A stretch of DNA of 64,000 nucleotides from Chiloscyllium plagiosum (lineage: Eukaryota), in the NCBI RefSeq assembly GCF_004010195.1, contig NC_057760.1, forward strand, positions 4,559,477 through 4,623,476, written 5' to 3'. The notes beneath the pieces were generated by a model. It was given only the letters and a program-made list of their open reading frames with translations, did no database searches and was not told the DNA's origin. This document shows, in pieces, positions 50,987-64,000 of this stretch (positions are counted from its first letter, which is position 1; each line of letters begins with the position of its first letter). The position numbers were made by a program, and so were the translations under genes.

Positions 50987-51130
50987 CAGGGCAACCTCGA
51001 GTATCCGAAAGACACGGGCAGGGAGTATTTGGTTCGGATAATCGAATGTTCGGATAACATTTTACCCAAGCATTGAGACCTTGAGATCTTGTTCGGATAA
51101 TCCGAAATTCGAATAATCAAGGTTGTACTG
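50987..51130. mobile_element. Tc1/mariner-pogo (Tigger)-like MITE
   Basis: TIRs CAGGGCAACCTCGAGTATCCGAA and TTCGAATAATCAAGGTTGTACTG followed by TA; internal TTCGGATAA repeats. Confidence 0.7.
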
Positions 51131-51346
51131 TAGTCAGCAGTGGGCTGATCCACAGGAACTGGTCTAAACAACGTAGATTACTTCTGCAGGAAATCCCTTC
51201 TTCTGCTTTGGACAAATATTTGATGTGACATAAGGGTGACTATTCAACTGTCTAGGTCTCAATTGGGACTGGGAGGGGCTCTTGACTGCTGTATCCAGGC
51301 CTAAGAGAGATGCATCTGCTCACAGTGGGATCGTCCACTCACTCAC

Positions 51347-51410
51347 CGATATCCTCTCTCGTTTCAAACTTGGAGCTGATCGTCACCTGGTCATTGCCTC
51401 GTCCCACAAT
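51347..51410 (-). CDS. ERCC2: ERCC2 exon 16 equivalent
   Basis: 64 nt, CAG|...|[26 protein letters not shown]. Confidence 0.97.
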
Positions 51411-51772
51411 CTGAAAAGAACACAAGCAGCTGAGGAGTGATACTTAACCGTAGCGAGAACACTTAAACAGGAGGAACAAAACAGCCTTAAAGATTCCAGA
51501 TAAAAGGGACAAACACAGATTTAGACGAAGTGGTTAGAAGGTAACTCCATCACTTTCAAGAACCACATAATTGTTAGGGTTTAGAAAGAGGCCATCCAGC
51601 CCATTGCGTCTATACTGTCTCTCTAAGCATTTTTACTCCTGCATCTTCCCTGTGACTGGATACATTACTTCAATTTAAGTAATTATACAATGCACTCTTG
51701 AATGCGCATACAGAGCAGCAGGGCAAGACAGCACAGAGTCAAGGTGTGAAGTGAAAAGCTAGGAATTAATTC

Positions 51773-52345
51773 TCTTATGGACCAGGCTAGACCATCTCAA
51801 AACAGTTCGAGAAGGTAGCCCAGACCCTATCTTTTCTAAATGTTTTAAGCAGGTGCGAGTGTATGTACCAGGAGTGATGCAGCTGGCCTTATCTGAAAAC
51901 TCAATTGATTCTAGCAACGTAAATGATGCTGGTCCAAATATCTGAAACATCCCCATAAACACTCCCTTGGCAAAATAGGTAAACTCAAACACAGGTTCTT
52001 ACATGAGAGATGTCAGAGAGAGAGAGAGAGAGACACACAGAGACTGAGAGCGAGCGAGCGAGAGGATTAACCTGGAGCTGTTTCTTTGGGTCCAGCAGCT
52101 TCCCAGCTAAAACCGGAGCAGTTGCTGCAAACAAAACAGTTTGCTAAAACCAACACAAACCAAACCAGAGGGAAGCTGAGGTGGGAGAACTGACCACTCC
52201 CCTTTCATTGAGCAAGTGTTTTTTTTAAACTTAAAAGTTTCTTCAAGTAGATAAATCCAGACATACTGGAACCTCCATCTTTACGGCCCCTCTTAAAAAA
52301 AGCTCAAAGACAACATAACCTTGTTAAAGGAGCAGTATTTTCACA
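51773..52345 (-). mobile_element. Solo LTR of the 25427-32937 family
   Basis: Colinear with the 25427-26026 LTR; 4-bp TSD ATTC on both sides. Confidence 0.85.
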
Positions 52346-52834
52346 ATTCCTCACACAGCGGGCGAATACCAATGTGTAACCCGGAACAGCTACGTTTACC
52401 CTGGAATCACTCAGAAAATATTTGGATGGGGAGAGCTGAGAGAGGCAGGGCCATCAATGCCTTGTTTAAACTGACAATGTGTAGAAGCCTCATGCCATAT
52501 TAGACATGCTCACACTAGCTGGTATGGCACTGAGTCCTGGAATAACTGGCAGAACTACGTTGGGGTCATCCTGCTCTATGCTTCTGACAGTGGGATTTAA
52601 ATACTCAGAGAAAACTAATTTGTTGCTTGTGGCACTGCACATGGTGAGTTCTTTTTAAAAATAATGTGGAAAAAGATTTCAGAAATTTTGTCCACAAAAT
52701 CACCTGGCATCTGATCTCATTGCTGATAGAAACTGGAGACCCTAGCCCTGAAAATAACAACAGAAAATAAAGCTTTATAAAGGAATGGTGTGACTTACAT
52801 GAGCTTAATGATAGTTTGATACAGGCAGACTCAC

Positions 52835-52936
52835 CAGTGGACAAAGGCAGGTTCTTGACAAGGTCATGGTAAAAGTTGCCATGATAACAGGTCTGAAATC
52901 GAGGATCTTTGGGTACATGTCAAGTGGAGACAATGT
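52835..52936 (-). CDS. ERCC2: ERCC2 exon 15 equivalent
   Basis: 102 nt, CAG|...|[39 protein letters not shown]. Confidence 0.97.
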
Positions 52937-53620
52937 CTGGCAAAAACACAACAAAAAAAAACACAATGTTTTAAGCCAAGAGGAGGTTTCAGGTGGAAAG
53001 CAAAAAGACAAAATGATACTTCCTTGAACAAAAGGAAGAGTGGCTGCCAGTTGAACCTAATGATGCTGAAGAGTTAGGATAGAGCAACTAAACATGATGA
53101 ATGGCAGAGCAGGTTCAAAGGGCCGAATGGCCTGCTCCTGCTCCTATGTTTCTATGTTAAAAGATTGGGATTGGCTTCTGATGGTGTAACTGACATTAGT
53201 AATGCACCAGAATTGGGAGGAGTAAGGAATGTGGTAGGCAGAAACATAAAGGACAGAGATCTGAAAAGGGTTATGAATACTTTAAAGACATCTGAGAAGT
53301 ATTTAGATGTACGTTTGTAATGCCAAGGCATACAGGGCTATAGACCAAGTGCTGAAAAATGGAATTAGAATAGTTAGGTGATTGCTACGGACTGGTGCAG
53401 GCTTGATGGACAGAAGGGCCTTTTTCCATGCTGTAGACCTCTATGACTCTATGAGGACAATCTTTGGAAAACAGTGTATATTATGTACACTGTAATTATA
53501 GAGAGTTGCATATAATGACATCATTGTGTTGATAATGTTCACATTGTCTGTGTTATATTTATGTTTGCTCACATTGAGCTTATATGAGGGAGGTATGAGC
53601 TATCTTGATACAGTTAGATG

Positions 53621-53655
<35 letters not shown>

Positions 53656-54069
53656 GGCTTAGGTAGAGCAGAAAGACCAAAATTGACCAGTTAAGCTGAG
53701 TGGCCAGTCTCTGTGCTATTAATACTTTGTAATTATGAGCAACATCAATACTCAGAATTATTGATTTTACCCTCCCTTAACTTGGATTAATTAGACCTGT
53801 AAGCAGATATACATCAGGCAGAGAATGATAAAATGATTGGGATGAGAGTGGGAACAGTGATATGGATTAACTGAAGCACATAGCAAGTGTATCACGTAAT
53901 ACTGAAACAAGCTGTTTTAAGTGAAACCAACTGCCACAATCTCGATACACAACATATCCTTAATGATAAGTCTGTACAAAGTAGAAATGTAAACAGGGGA
54001 TTTGGATATCACCAAGCCACAGAAACAAAATCACATTTCAATTACATAAATAAAAATTGTGCAACTTAC

Positions 54070-54139
54070 CCCTGAGGTGATAATCACAGACTGAAATCGC
54101 TCAAACACAGGCTTGATGGCAATGGATGGGTCCATGCAG
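54070..54139 (-). CDS. ERCC2: ERCC2 exon 14 equivalent (start of motif III TSGT)
   Basis: 70 nt, AG/GTAAG; (S)[23 protein letters not shown]. Confidence 0.97.
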
Positions 54140-54849
54140 CTTATGAAAAGATTTCAAAAGCATAATTTTAGGAGTATATTTCAAATAAACACAAATTTTA
54201 TTTGTATAGAATTTCATTAAACCATTCTTATCTGGACTGGTTTTCAATGAAGCCTTAATATACCAAAGAGCTACACTGATGGAACAGCACCTTGTAAAAT
54301 GATCATCTCCTTCAACAAAAGAATCCTCTGACTTACCTTGTTGAAGTTTATCTAGTGTGAGAGATATCTAAAATATTCTTCAAAGTTATGAAATGTGTAT
54401 AATTTTATTCCATAATTTAAAATATTATTTTAAAATCAACATTTGAAATTGAATTTTCTTAATGCGAATATCTTATAAAAGGAAAATTCTGTATGTGAAC
54501 AGCTGTAGGTCACACTGCAGTTACAGACCTCTGACCAATAAATGGCATCATCACAAAATGTTATGGCCTTCCAATACAGTCATACATCACAAAACAGACC
54601 CTTTGGTCCAACTCATTCAGGCCAACCAGATATTCCAAAATGACAATCTCACTTGCCAGCATTTGGCCCATGTCCCTCTAAACTCTTCCTATTCATATAC
54701 ACATCCACTGTAATTGTCCCCTCATCCAGTACTTTCTCTGGCAGCTCATTCCATTAATGCACTTATTGAAGTTCTAACCACAAATAAAAAGATCAGTTCT
54801 ACTACAAAAGCACTGCTCTGAACAATCAGACCAGGCCCTTAATTTTCAA

Positions 54850-55058
54850 GATTAGAGTGGTGCTGGAAAAGCACAGCAGGTCAAGCAGCATCCGAGGAGC
54901 AGGAAAATCAACGTTTCAGGCAAAATCCCTTCCTGATGAAGGGCTTTTGCCTGAAACATTGATCTTCCTGCATCTCGGATGCTGCCTGACCTGCTGTGCT
55001 TTTCCAGCACCACTCTAATCTTGACTCTGATCTCCAGCATCTGCAGTCCTCACTTTCG
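54850..55058. mobile_element. Penelope-derived fold-back in ERCC2 intron 13
   Basis: 13-bp TSD CCTTAATTTTCAA at 54837-54849 and 55059-55071; inverted tail copies. Confidence 0.85.
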
Positions 55059-56130
55059 CCTTAATTTTCAATGTCAACTACAATTTAGACTGACTCTACA
55101 CAAGCAGGAATTTAATTTCACAAATGGAATTTAAACCCTGTTTGCTCTGTACTACTTCATTTCACACTAGCATGTGCATTTATTATCGAAGCCATTCAGG
55201 AAACATGTGAAGAAACGATCAATGTAGGACCTTGTCTGGTGTCACTGGTGGGTAGTCTAAGGTCTGATGTCGTGTTACTGGTCTATCCCTTCATTGCTGC
55301 TACTCAAGCACTCCCTACAGCATCTCAATAATGCAGGAAACACAGAAGTGAATTTGAGGTCAGTAAGTATTGCAAACTTTAGACTCCAATCTAGACACAG
55401 AAAAGGAAGGAAGCCAATATAGATCTGCATCAGCAAGCAAGTACAACTGTGATGGATGGAACACATCTGGATAGAAGTCATTTTAGATTGACTAGATTAG
55501 ACAGATTATATTAATTAGTTTAGTTAGACGTGATTAAATAAATAAGATTCAGTTTGATTTGATAAAACATTGCCAGCACCAGACATCCTACATGGTCACA
55601 GTCAATGTCAGATTACAATTGGATCTAATCAGACATTGTGTCTTTAATTACCTGCTCCCTTGGTCACACTCAAATCTTCACAATGGCTGTAAAACATTTA
55701 ATAACCGATGGTAGACAGTGACATCATTCAGAAGCTACTTTGTGGCAGAAATTGAATTCTAATCCTTTGACCTACTGGCCATTGCTAAACGTAAATAAAA
55801 CTGTGCTTGGTTACAGATAAAAGGAAATTTCAATCCCTAATGACTGGAAGGATCTTTATGAATGATCTAAACATCCCTGGACAGGTTTTAAATTTCTCAG
55901 GAGTGTAGACCCACAGACCAAAACTGACCTTATTTTAGCATTAACTTAGCAACCTGATTTAGGGATAAAATGAAAAGCTAATACTGTGGTAGGACATAGC
56001 AAATCTTCACTCTGCATCCTGGACCATACTAGACAGTTGGTAAAATGAAAGGAAAACCCTCAATGTAATTCCAAAATATAACAAAAACTTTCTCAGTTAA
56101 CCAATATAATTTGTGCAGATATCGGCCTAC

Positions 56131-56200
56131 CTGAAGTGAAGTATTGGATTAATAATTGTTGGCGTTTTGTCATCAAAAGGTTCCATGATGATGGTAAAAC
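56131..56200 (-). CDS. ERCC2: ERCC2 exon 13 equivalent
   Basis: 70 nt, AAG|...|GTAGG; (G)[22 protein letters not shown]. Confidence 0.96.
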
Positions 56201-57815
56201 CTTGGGTAGTAAACAAAAATACCATGAAAATGTTTTAGGAAGTGCTAAAATGTCAAACAGCAAATTGCCCACATGAAGGGCTGCACATTCATCCAGGATT
56301 TGCACCTTATGATTTACTGATACCATTTCCTATATTAGGAATAAGAAACAGGGGTAAAACCAACTGAACCACTTCCTTCCGTATCCTTGACTTGGAGAGA
56401 GCTGAGTAAATCATGTTGTGTCAGACACCGTGTAGGGGCCTTGGATCTGCAAAGACTTCCTGCAGACTCTTGTCCATCTCACTCATCAGGACACTGCTGG
56501 AGCAGAGAATCTCTGGCAGGACAGAAGGTAATCATCCCACCACACACTCGGAAGAACAACACCAACATGAACCACCTCATATTCTCTTTGGGAATCTTCT
56601 ATAGGCAATTCACAAAGAAAGACTGATGGGAAACCTCTTCCCAGGGCAGGTTGTTGATATTCTGAAAGGTCAGAATCTAAATTAACTGGAAAAAGAGTTC
56701 ATAGAGCCTTACAACCATTATAGCATAACAGGAGGCTATTTAGCGCATCCAGTCTTGCCAGCTCTCTGTAGAGCAATCCAATATTTTAAGGTGTAATCCC
56801 CAATTATTGATGTCTGCTCCTGATAGAATCACTTCTTCATCAATTTCCTCCCCTCCTCACCTGAAGATGTTGGAAACAGATCTATTGCTGCCACTGGTTT
56901 TGTTATTTTACTCAAGTGTTCAGTTTCCTTTGAAATTAAACAGGAGTGAAACATCAGCACAGTGTTTGAACCATTTCCCAGAAATCCAGAGAATACTGGA
57001 AACACCTAGTAAGTCAGAGAACCTCAGGTGAATAGATGGAAGTAAACTATCAAGTCATCACTGACAGAAATATTAACCCAACCTTTATCCACTACCCAGA
57101 AGTGTTCTGACCAACTGAATGTTTCAGCATTTGCCTCAGACTGAGGCAAATACATTAGCATAAACTGGAGATCATACACACTTCCTGTAGGAACATACCC
57201 CAAACTCTGGGCAATTTGGACACAGTTTGATGAAGGTCAAGGCCTTGAGACTCCCTAAATAAGCACAAATTCCATTATTCAACACTGTTCAGATTACTGG
57301 AAGATGATCCCAAGTATACTGGTCTGCAGCCAGCCCAAACATCTATCATTTCAAAAACTGGTTTATGAGATCACATGAAGACCAACACAAAGCACAGTAG
57401 AGCTCATCGACAGCCTAGAATCTAATATAACTGCCTGGTGCGGGAGTCAGAAATCTGAAGATTTTCTCAGCTTCACTCACCAAAGGTACTGCAACAACCT
57501 TATCACAGATGCATCTCTTCAATGCTTCATGTGTGATTGTTGATAACATTGTAAACGTTAACAGTTTACTTGACTGTGTCAGGGAGAAGGGGACTCCCAG
57601 GCTGGCCTCAGCCTACCCAATTATTTTCCAGCTGATATCTGGCCAGTATCTGAGGTCAGGAACTGCCTATTGTTCGGAGGCACTGAGGTCAACCACAGTT
57701 CCTTCTGTGACTTGCTAATTAGCACAAATCAGAGGCTCAAAAGCCTTGTGATGTCTCTGAAGTACAAATGCAATGATAAGGCACTAAGTGACATTTCCAG
57801 TACAAGAATCACTAC

Positions 57816-57934
57816 CTTTGGCATAAGTGCTGACCAATGTCGCAAAGTTTGAGACAAGTATAATCGGTGAAAAGTTGCTGAGATCGGCAATTTCCAGCGT
57901 TTGCAGCAAAGACCGCAACCTCTCTGAACAGAAT
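57816..57934 (-). CDS. ERCC2: ERCC2 exon 12 equivalent
   Basis: 119 nt, [43 protein letters not shown]. Confidence 0.97.
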
Positions 57935-59027
57935 CTGGAGAGAGACAGAGAGAGAGGGAGAGAGGGATACACGTACATAGGACACAGATCACAATATCAT
58001 CACTCTGAGTGCATTCAAAACTAAGTTGCAAATGCCATTATGTCAATACCCATTGAAGAAACCACAATCACAAACTACACAGTTAAGGGTAGCTCTGGAT
58101 GATTTTCACCTTCAACACACTGAAGTGGAGGTGGTAGTACAAAGGTAAAGTTAGTGGACCAGCAATCCAGAATGCCCAGCTAACATTGAAGGCATTTGAA
58201 CCTGACCATGGCAAATGGTGAACTTTGAATTCAGTAAATTTTCTGGAATAATATAAGCCAGTCTAACGATGACCATGTAATCACTGTTGATTGCTGTAAA
58301 AACCCAAGTAAATCATTAATGTCCTTCAGGGAAGGAAATCTGCCATCCTTATCTGGTCTGGTCCAAAATGTAAACACCGACGTATGACAATGTGGTTGAC
58401 TGTTAATGGCAATTGGAGATGGGCAATTAATGCCAGGCCTTGCCAGTGAAACTCATGCTATGAATGAATAGAAGCCAAGCCCCTAGGTTCAATTCTCAAT
58501 GTCCTCAAATTTAGCAGACCATAACTCAGGAGGGGGCTGAGGTTGGTCCTGGTTACCCACTCCAGTTGGAAGTTATCAGCCCTATTCACCACAGTTCCTG
58601 GTCTAACACTTGGTTTGTGGCCCTACGATGATCCAATAATTTGCACATACAATACTGGGAGCTAACATCTGTAGAAGTGACCATGTGTTTATCAGAGTTT
58701 TGACAAAACCTGAAGTCCTTTACAGAAGGGAACCTGCTGTCTTTGTCTGGCCTATGACTAGAATCCCTACCCTCATGGTTGATGCTTAAGTAGCCTCTGA
58801 AGAGGCTTTCCAAGGCACGTATCAAAAATTTTAGGGTAACTTGGACTGGGCAGTAAATGTCAACCTTGCAAGGTGATACCCTCAGATTGACGGCAATTCG
58901 TTAATATCCAGGTTCATCTGAAGAATGGGCACATGGATAAAGTGTCAATGGTCATGGACCAGTGTTCCTCAGCACCATCAGGAGTGATGAAGAAACAGAT
59001 AAACTAGATTAGTCCAGGATTCTGTAC

Positions 59028-59196
59028 CTGAGAGGTTTGCGTTCAATGCAGACTTTATCAAAAACATCTTTCAAGAAAGAGGGTGGGTTCTCAGCTACCA
59101 CATGGTGTACTCGTAAGCGGGACTTCAGATACTCCACAAAGCGCTTCATAAACCCAACAAAATGCTCAGCCGTGCGAATATTACCAGGAACAGACT
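59028..59196 (-). CDS. ERCC2: ERCC2 exon 11 equivalent
   Basis: 169 nt, AG/GT; SVPGNIRTAEHFVGFMKRFVEYLKSRLRVHHVVAENPPSFLKDVFDKVCIERKPL. Confidence 0.97.
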
Positions 59197-59592
59197 CTGG
59201 ATTCACAACAAAAGAACATGTGATTAATGCTCTGCTCCATTCTCCTGAATCCAGGTGAGGAGGCAGGGTGCTTCAAGGATGAACAACAGAGGCGACAGGA
59301 CCATGAAACAAATCAATCGTTATGTGATGTGGGTAGACAGAATGGAAAGGCAATTCAAGTCTGAAACATCCAACATTGAGGAAGCTGCGGTTCAAAATCA
59401 ATGGGTAAAATATAGTTACATTCGCGAGGTGCCCAGGACATATCTTTTGGAGAAGAGGGAGGAAATTGGAGAAAATAAACTGAATTTCCAATAGGGTGCA
59501 GTACTCTGCAGCTTACCAAAATTGAAAGAACAGTTTGAGTGAAAGTGCGTATGAGTTCATGAACATTTTGCAATTGCTTTCATTTACTGTAC

Positions 59593-59726
59593 CTTGTAGA
59601 ATTTCATCTGGCAATACAGGATTGGCTAAATAGACATCTGTTTCTCTGGCAATATGAGCTTCTTTCAGCCCCTCCACTAATTGTCTGTATTCTTCTTTCA
59701 GTTTGGCAGCATCTGTTTCCTTTATA
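59593..59726 (-). CDS. ERCC2: ERCC2 exon 10 equivalent (Arch domain)
   Basis: 134 nt, [48 protein letters not shown]. Confidence 0.96.
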
Positions 59727-60084
59727 CTGGAGAGAAAAACCGTTGTTTGGCGAGAGGATTAACAACCATTGAGTGAACGTCTAATATGTGAGAAAACACA
59801 TCTCCATTTTGATTATTTTTAAACTCATGCTGAGAAATCCACTTGAGTAAATTTCCTAATCTGAACAGAAACTTTCCCTGAGGGTCACAGTAATTGGCAG
59901 GATGGTCTGATGCCTGAGTGACAAAAACCAACAGTATTTACACAACAGCAACCACTCTATCAGTGAGCCTGCAGAATTGCTGAAATTTACAGATCGATAA
60001 CAGACCTTTCAGTCCAAATGATTCATGTTAATGGTGATGAATCACCTGAGCCTTCTCACACTTTCCTTATTTAAGCCAACCTTG

Positions 60085-60945
60085 AAGGTTTTTTGCTGAA
60101 GTGACACAGTTGATTGATGAGGGGAAGGGCTGTAGATGTCATACATGGACTTCAGTAAAGCGTTTGATAAGGTTCCACATGGTGGAGAAAGTGAAGTTGC
60201 ATGGGGTCCAGAGTGTACTAGCTAGATGGCTAGAAAACTGGTTGGGCAGCAGAAGACAGAGAGTAGTAGTAGAAGGGAGTTTCTCAAAATGGAGGACTGT
60301 GGACAGTGGTGTTCCACAAGGATCCAGGTTGGGATCACTTGTTTGTGATATACAAATGATCTGGAGGAAGGTATAGGTGGTCTGATTAGCAAGTTTACCG
60401 ATGAAACTAAGATTGGTGGAGTAGCAAATAGTGAAGGGGACTGTCAGAGAATGTAGCAGAATATTGATAGGTTGGAGACTTGTTCGGAGAAATGGCAGAT
60501 GGAGTTCAATCCGGGCAAACGCGAGGTAATGCATTTTGGAAGATCCAATTCAAGAGCAAACTATACGGTAAATGGAAAAGCCCTGGGCAAAATTCTTGTA
60601 CAGAGAGATCTGGGTGCTCAGGTCCAATGTACCCTGAAGGTGGCAATACAGGTCAACAGAGTGATTAAGAAGGCATATGGTATGCTTTCCCTTATCAGAT
60701 GGGATATTGAGTACAAGAGTTGGCAGATCATGTTACAGTTGGAAAGGACTTTGGTTTGGGGGCCTGGAACGCGTTGCCGGCGGAGGTGGTAGAGGCGGGC
60801 ACAATAGTGTCATTTAAGATGTATCGAAACAGATACATGAATGGGCAGGGAGCAGAGGGATACGGATCCTTTGAAAATAGGCAGGTTTAGATAGAGGATA
60901 TGGATCGGCGCAGCCGAAGGGCCTGTCCCCGTGTTGTTAATTTTC
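60085..60945 (+). mobile_element. CR1-type LINE 3' fragment
   Basis: SGVPQGS, KWQMEFNPGK, QRDLG motifs; GAAGGGCCTGT tail. Confidence 0.88.
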
Positions 60946-61630
60946 TTTGTTACTGCGTGCAGAGGTAGTAAGCTTATCTCTGAACCAAGAAGCCCAGGTT
61001 CAAGCCCCGCCAGCTCCACAAGTATGTCATAACATATCCAAATAGACTGATTATAAATATCGACTTAACCTTACTCTCTGTTGCTTTCTTTTTCACATCT
61101 ATCCATTTTACCCATAAATGTATCTATGCTATTCACACCAATCATTCAATGTAGAAACACGTTGCACATTCTCACTGTTCTCTGGGGACAAATAAAAATC
61201 TCTTGTATCTGCCTAAATGCAAACTCTGCAATCTGGCCCTGTCCTGATGAGTCTCTTGCTACTGCTCAGAGTTTACTCCATCTTGTCAATATATTGCTGT
61301 TCTTCATCATGAGCAGCTAAGTGGAAAAACAACATTTTTCCAGTCCATCTTGTTCCTAGGTCTGGCAACAATTGTGGAAAGGGAAAGAGATAATATTTTA
61401 GGTTGATGGCCTTTCAGAAGACAAAAAGCCATTGACCTTAAATATTAAGCATTTTTCTCTCTCGACAAACCCAAGTACCTTCAGAATTTCCTGATATTGT
61501 TTGTGATTTCTAGCATCCACATTATTTGGTTTTATTGTTTGTATATCTGGTTTAATCTATTCTAGGCCAAGTCACTGTGACAGAATGAGCCATGAAGAAA
61601 ATTGATCAAAATATCAACTGAATGACTTAC

Positions 61631-61727
61631 TGTTGGATGGTCTTTTGTATTGTTTCAATGTTGTTCTGACATTGGTCTAACATGCGCCGAGTAATGTTCA
61701 CACTCATTGAGTCAATGCATACATTGT
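61631..61727 (-). CDS. ERCC2: ERCC2 exon 9 equivalent
   Basis: 97 nt, CAG|...|GTAAG; (D)[31 protein letters not shown]. Confidence 0.96.
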
Positions 61728-62200
61728 CTGCAAAGCATTTGTAGAAATGACATGTTAAAAATATTTTTGTTTTCAAATATATGGACATGTTTTTAAAAAG
61801 AACAGGACAATCGGAACGTTGTAGAATTGAGCAATCAATGGTCTAGATCTACAATTCTGGGATGGAATCCAGCTCTGGTCAGACAGAAGACCTCCCAAGA
61901 TTTGCTGCTGCAAGAGCATTTTATCTTTATAAAATAAATGAGGGATACACTCATTCCAAGTCCAGAGCATAAAATTTTATCCCATTTACTCAAGACACCC
62001 ATGATCGATATGATTAATAAGGACAAGTTCTGAACTTAGTGAAATGGGGACATGATTTGCTAAGGTATTCTGCACCTGACCTAGAAACAGGTCACACAGA
62101 AACTGTTGTCAACTGAAATGAAAAGGATCACAATAAATAAACATAATTACAATTATATGTCTTATTATAATATATTGAGAACTGCAGTATAACAACATAC

Positions 62201-62324
62201 CGATATTGTGAGCCTCATCAAATACCACCACTGATTTCCGAGACAGCTCCTTGGAGACCAGGTCTGCAATCTTGGGGTCCAGCAGGTAGTGGTAACTATA
62301 CACAATGATGTTTGCGTGTAGAAT
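62201..62324 (-). CDS. ERCC2: ERCC2 exon 8 equivalent, DEAH helicase motif II
   Basis: 124 nt, AG/GT flanks; [41 protein letters not shown]. Confidence 0.98.
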
Positions 62325-63125
62325 CTGACAGAAGTATCACAAAGCTGATGCATTTGTGGATTAAAAGCAGTTAAATAACATATGATCCTAAAACATTTGT
62401 CCACCCATTCTGAAGACAACATCTGGTTTGGACACCATTCAACAGAGAACCGCTCAATCTCTGGAACTTTGACGGAGACATCACTTGTTAGTTAGTCCTA
62501 GTGACCTACTCTACCATAGCACTGTCCTGTTCAAGCCTAATTCTGTTCTAATCCAAACTTCCCAAACCCAGTCACATTGTCACTTGCACACATAAAGACA
62601 AGTGTACGTATATTCACTCTCTTGCAGATAATCACTCATCCACATGTCCATACAGATCCCCTGGCTGGGGGTCATTACAGAACAATCAGGACAGTATTGG
62701 CAGATATTTTCCCTATGCCCTTAGCCAAGCCTGCAAATGACCGCATCACTCAATCATCACCTCAGCAAACTCAGGAAAGATTGGAGCTGAAGCACAATAT
62801 TCCAGGTAGTCTGGCTTAGATCCTTCCCTTGGAATGGGAATATGCGCATTGTGAAGGAGATCAGGATCAGTTCTGATAAAGAGTGACTGGACTCAAAATG
62901 TTAACTCTGGTTTTCTCTCAATAGGTACTGCCAGACCTGCTGAGTTTCTCCAACACTCTCTAAGCTATAATACTTTCTAGAGGAAAGATTCATCAATGCA
63001 CCCTGAAGCTTGTTCAGTGAACAGTGCAAGGTCAAAGGTGCAGTACAGAGCCAATGCCTTACCTTGAAGAGAACTGGATACCAAAACTCTGTCATTTGCC
63101 AAAGGGAAAGGTGGAATGCACTTAC

Positions 63126-63242
63126 AGAATATCTGGCCAGGAAATAGGGACACCATCCTTTCTGCTTCCCATAAGCTTTCAAGTCATCTAGGTTATAAAT
63201 TCCAGAAGTTAGTGGCACTTGTTTCCCATGGAGATCAAACTC
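63126..63242 (-). CDS. ERCC2: ERCC2/XPD exon (human exon 7 equivalent), Fe-S domain end
   Basis: CAG|GAG...TCT|GTAAG, 117 nt, phase 0-0; [39 protein letters not shown] matches XPD including the Fe-S ligand Cys in GWCPY. Earlier exons lie beyond the right edge. Confidence 0.97.
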
Positions 63243-64000
63243 CTGTCAGAGAAAATACACAAACACAAACTGCAGAATCAATCACTCAGTGAGAAAGCTA
63301 ACATAGTGACTGATGTTAACAAGCTGGAGGTATCAATTAAATAAAAGAAGAGCACAAATACTGGCAAACTTGAGTTTTTAAAAATAGACTGCAGGTTGTA
63401 GAGAGGAGATAAGATTTACGAAGGGTAGGATGGAGAGAGACAGAGGAAGGCCAGAGATGGAGACAAATTGGAAGGAATATGAAGGGCTTTGGAGACAGCA
63501 ACATCTAACCTATGACTTCAACAGATGCATAAGAACATTACCAAATGCAAGCTTCCTTCCAAACTACACACCATCCGGACTGGTTCTGCTTCAATGTTAC
63601 TGGAATCCCAGAATTCTTACGCAAACAGTCATCACTTTCTCAATAATTTTTAGTCTCGGCCCATGCTGTCTATATTTCATAAACAAAATAAGACAAAGGG
63701 AGATGAAGGGAGGGGAGCTGAGGGTGTGAGGAGAGGGAGAGAGAGAGGAGAGTGTGAGTGTGAGGAGAGGGAGGGAAGCTTTCTTCAGTTTTGATATGAG
63801 GGGTGTTCCAATCTCAGCTGGTGGCAAACCTAGACAAGTCAGATCCTACAGTGAAATCTGGCTTGACAGATCATACGTTATAATCTTGCAACTTGGTTAC
63901 CTAATAGTTAATCACTGCATATAATTCACATGGGGCTGCCAATTTACTTTTAACAAAAGAACAGAAGTTTATGCTTGAGGGAAAAAAAGTAGAGGACAAT

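Noticed and set aside
56850..56900. Donor-like site CTTCAG|GTGAGG resembling the end of exon 13
   Set aside because: Upstream sequence does not encode XPD; the true exon is 56131-56200

Overview
Vertebrate (cartilaginous fish, shark-type repeat landscape) genomic DNA with two tandem minus-strand genes reconstructed exon by exon. ERCC2/XPD: 17 coding exons equivalent to human exons 7-23, 63242 down to the stop at 35087, all GT-AG and phase-consistent. An LTBP4-like gene: signal-peptide exon plus two further coding exons, 17543 down to 4988, continuing past the left edge. The rest is mostly decayed mobile DNA: two Ty3/Gypsy elements with the Gmr1-type PR-IN-RT-RH order plus solo LTRs, CR1-type LINE fragments, tRNA-derived SINEs, a SINE-seeded 33-bp minisatellite, two small MITE-like elements and many Penelope-like insertions. 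Three sequence families of these carry minimal hammerhead ribozyme cores, some on the sense strand of host introns. Other oddities are two short templated insertions copied from nearby DNA, a CR1 apparently split across two ERCC2 introns, an inverted LTR pair sharing one target-site duplication, a candidate 96-nt 5'-UTR intron that removes two LTBP4 uORFs, and an orphan terminal-exon-like segment. Two N gaps are present. No prokaryotic-type system was seen. Family names are from recalled sequence features, not database searches.
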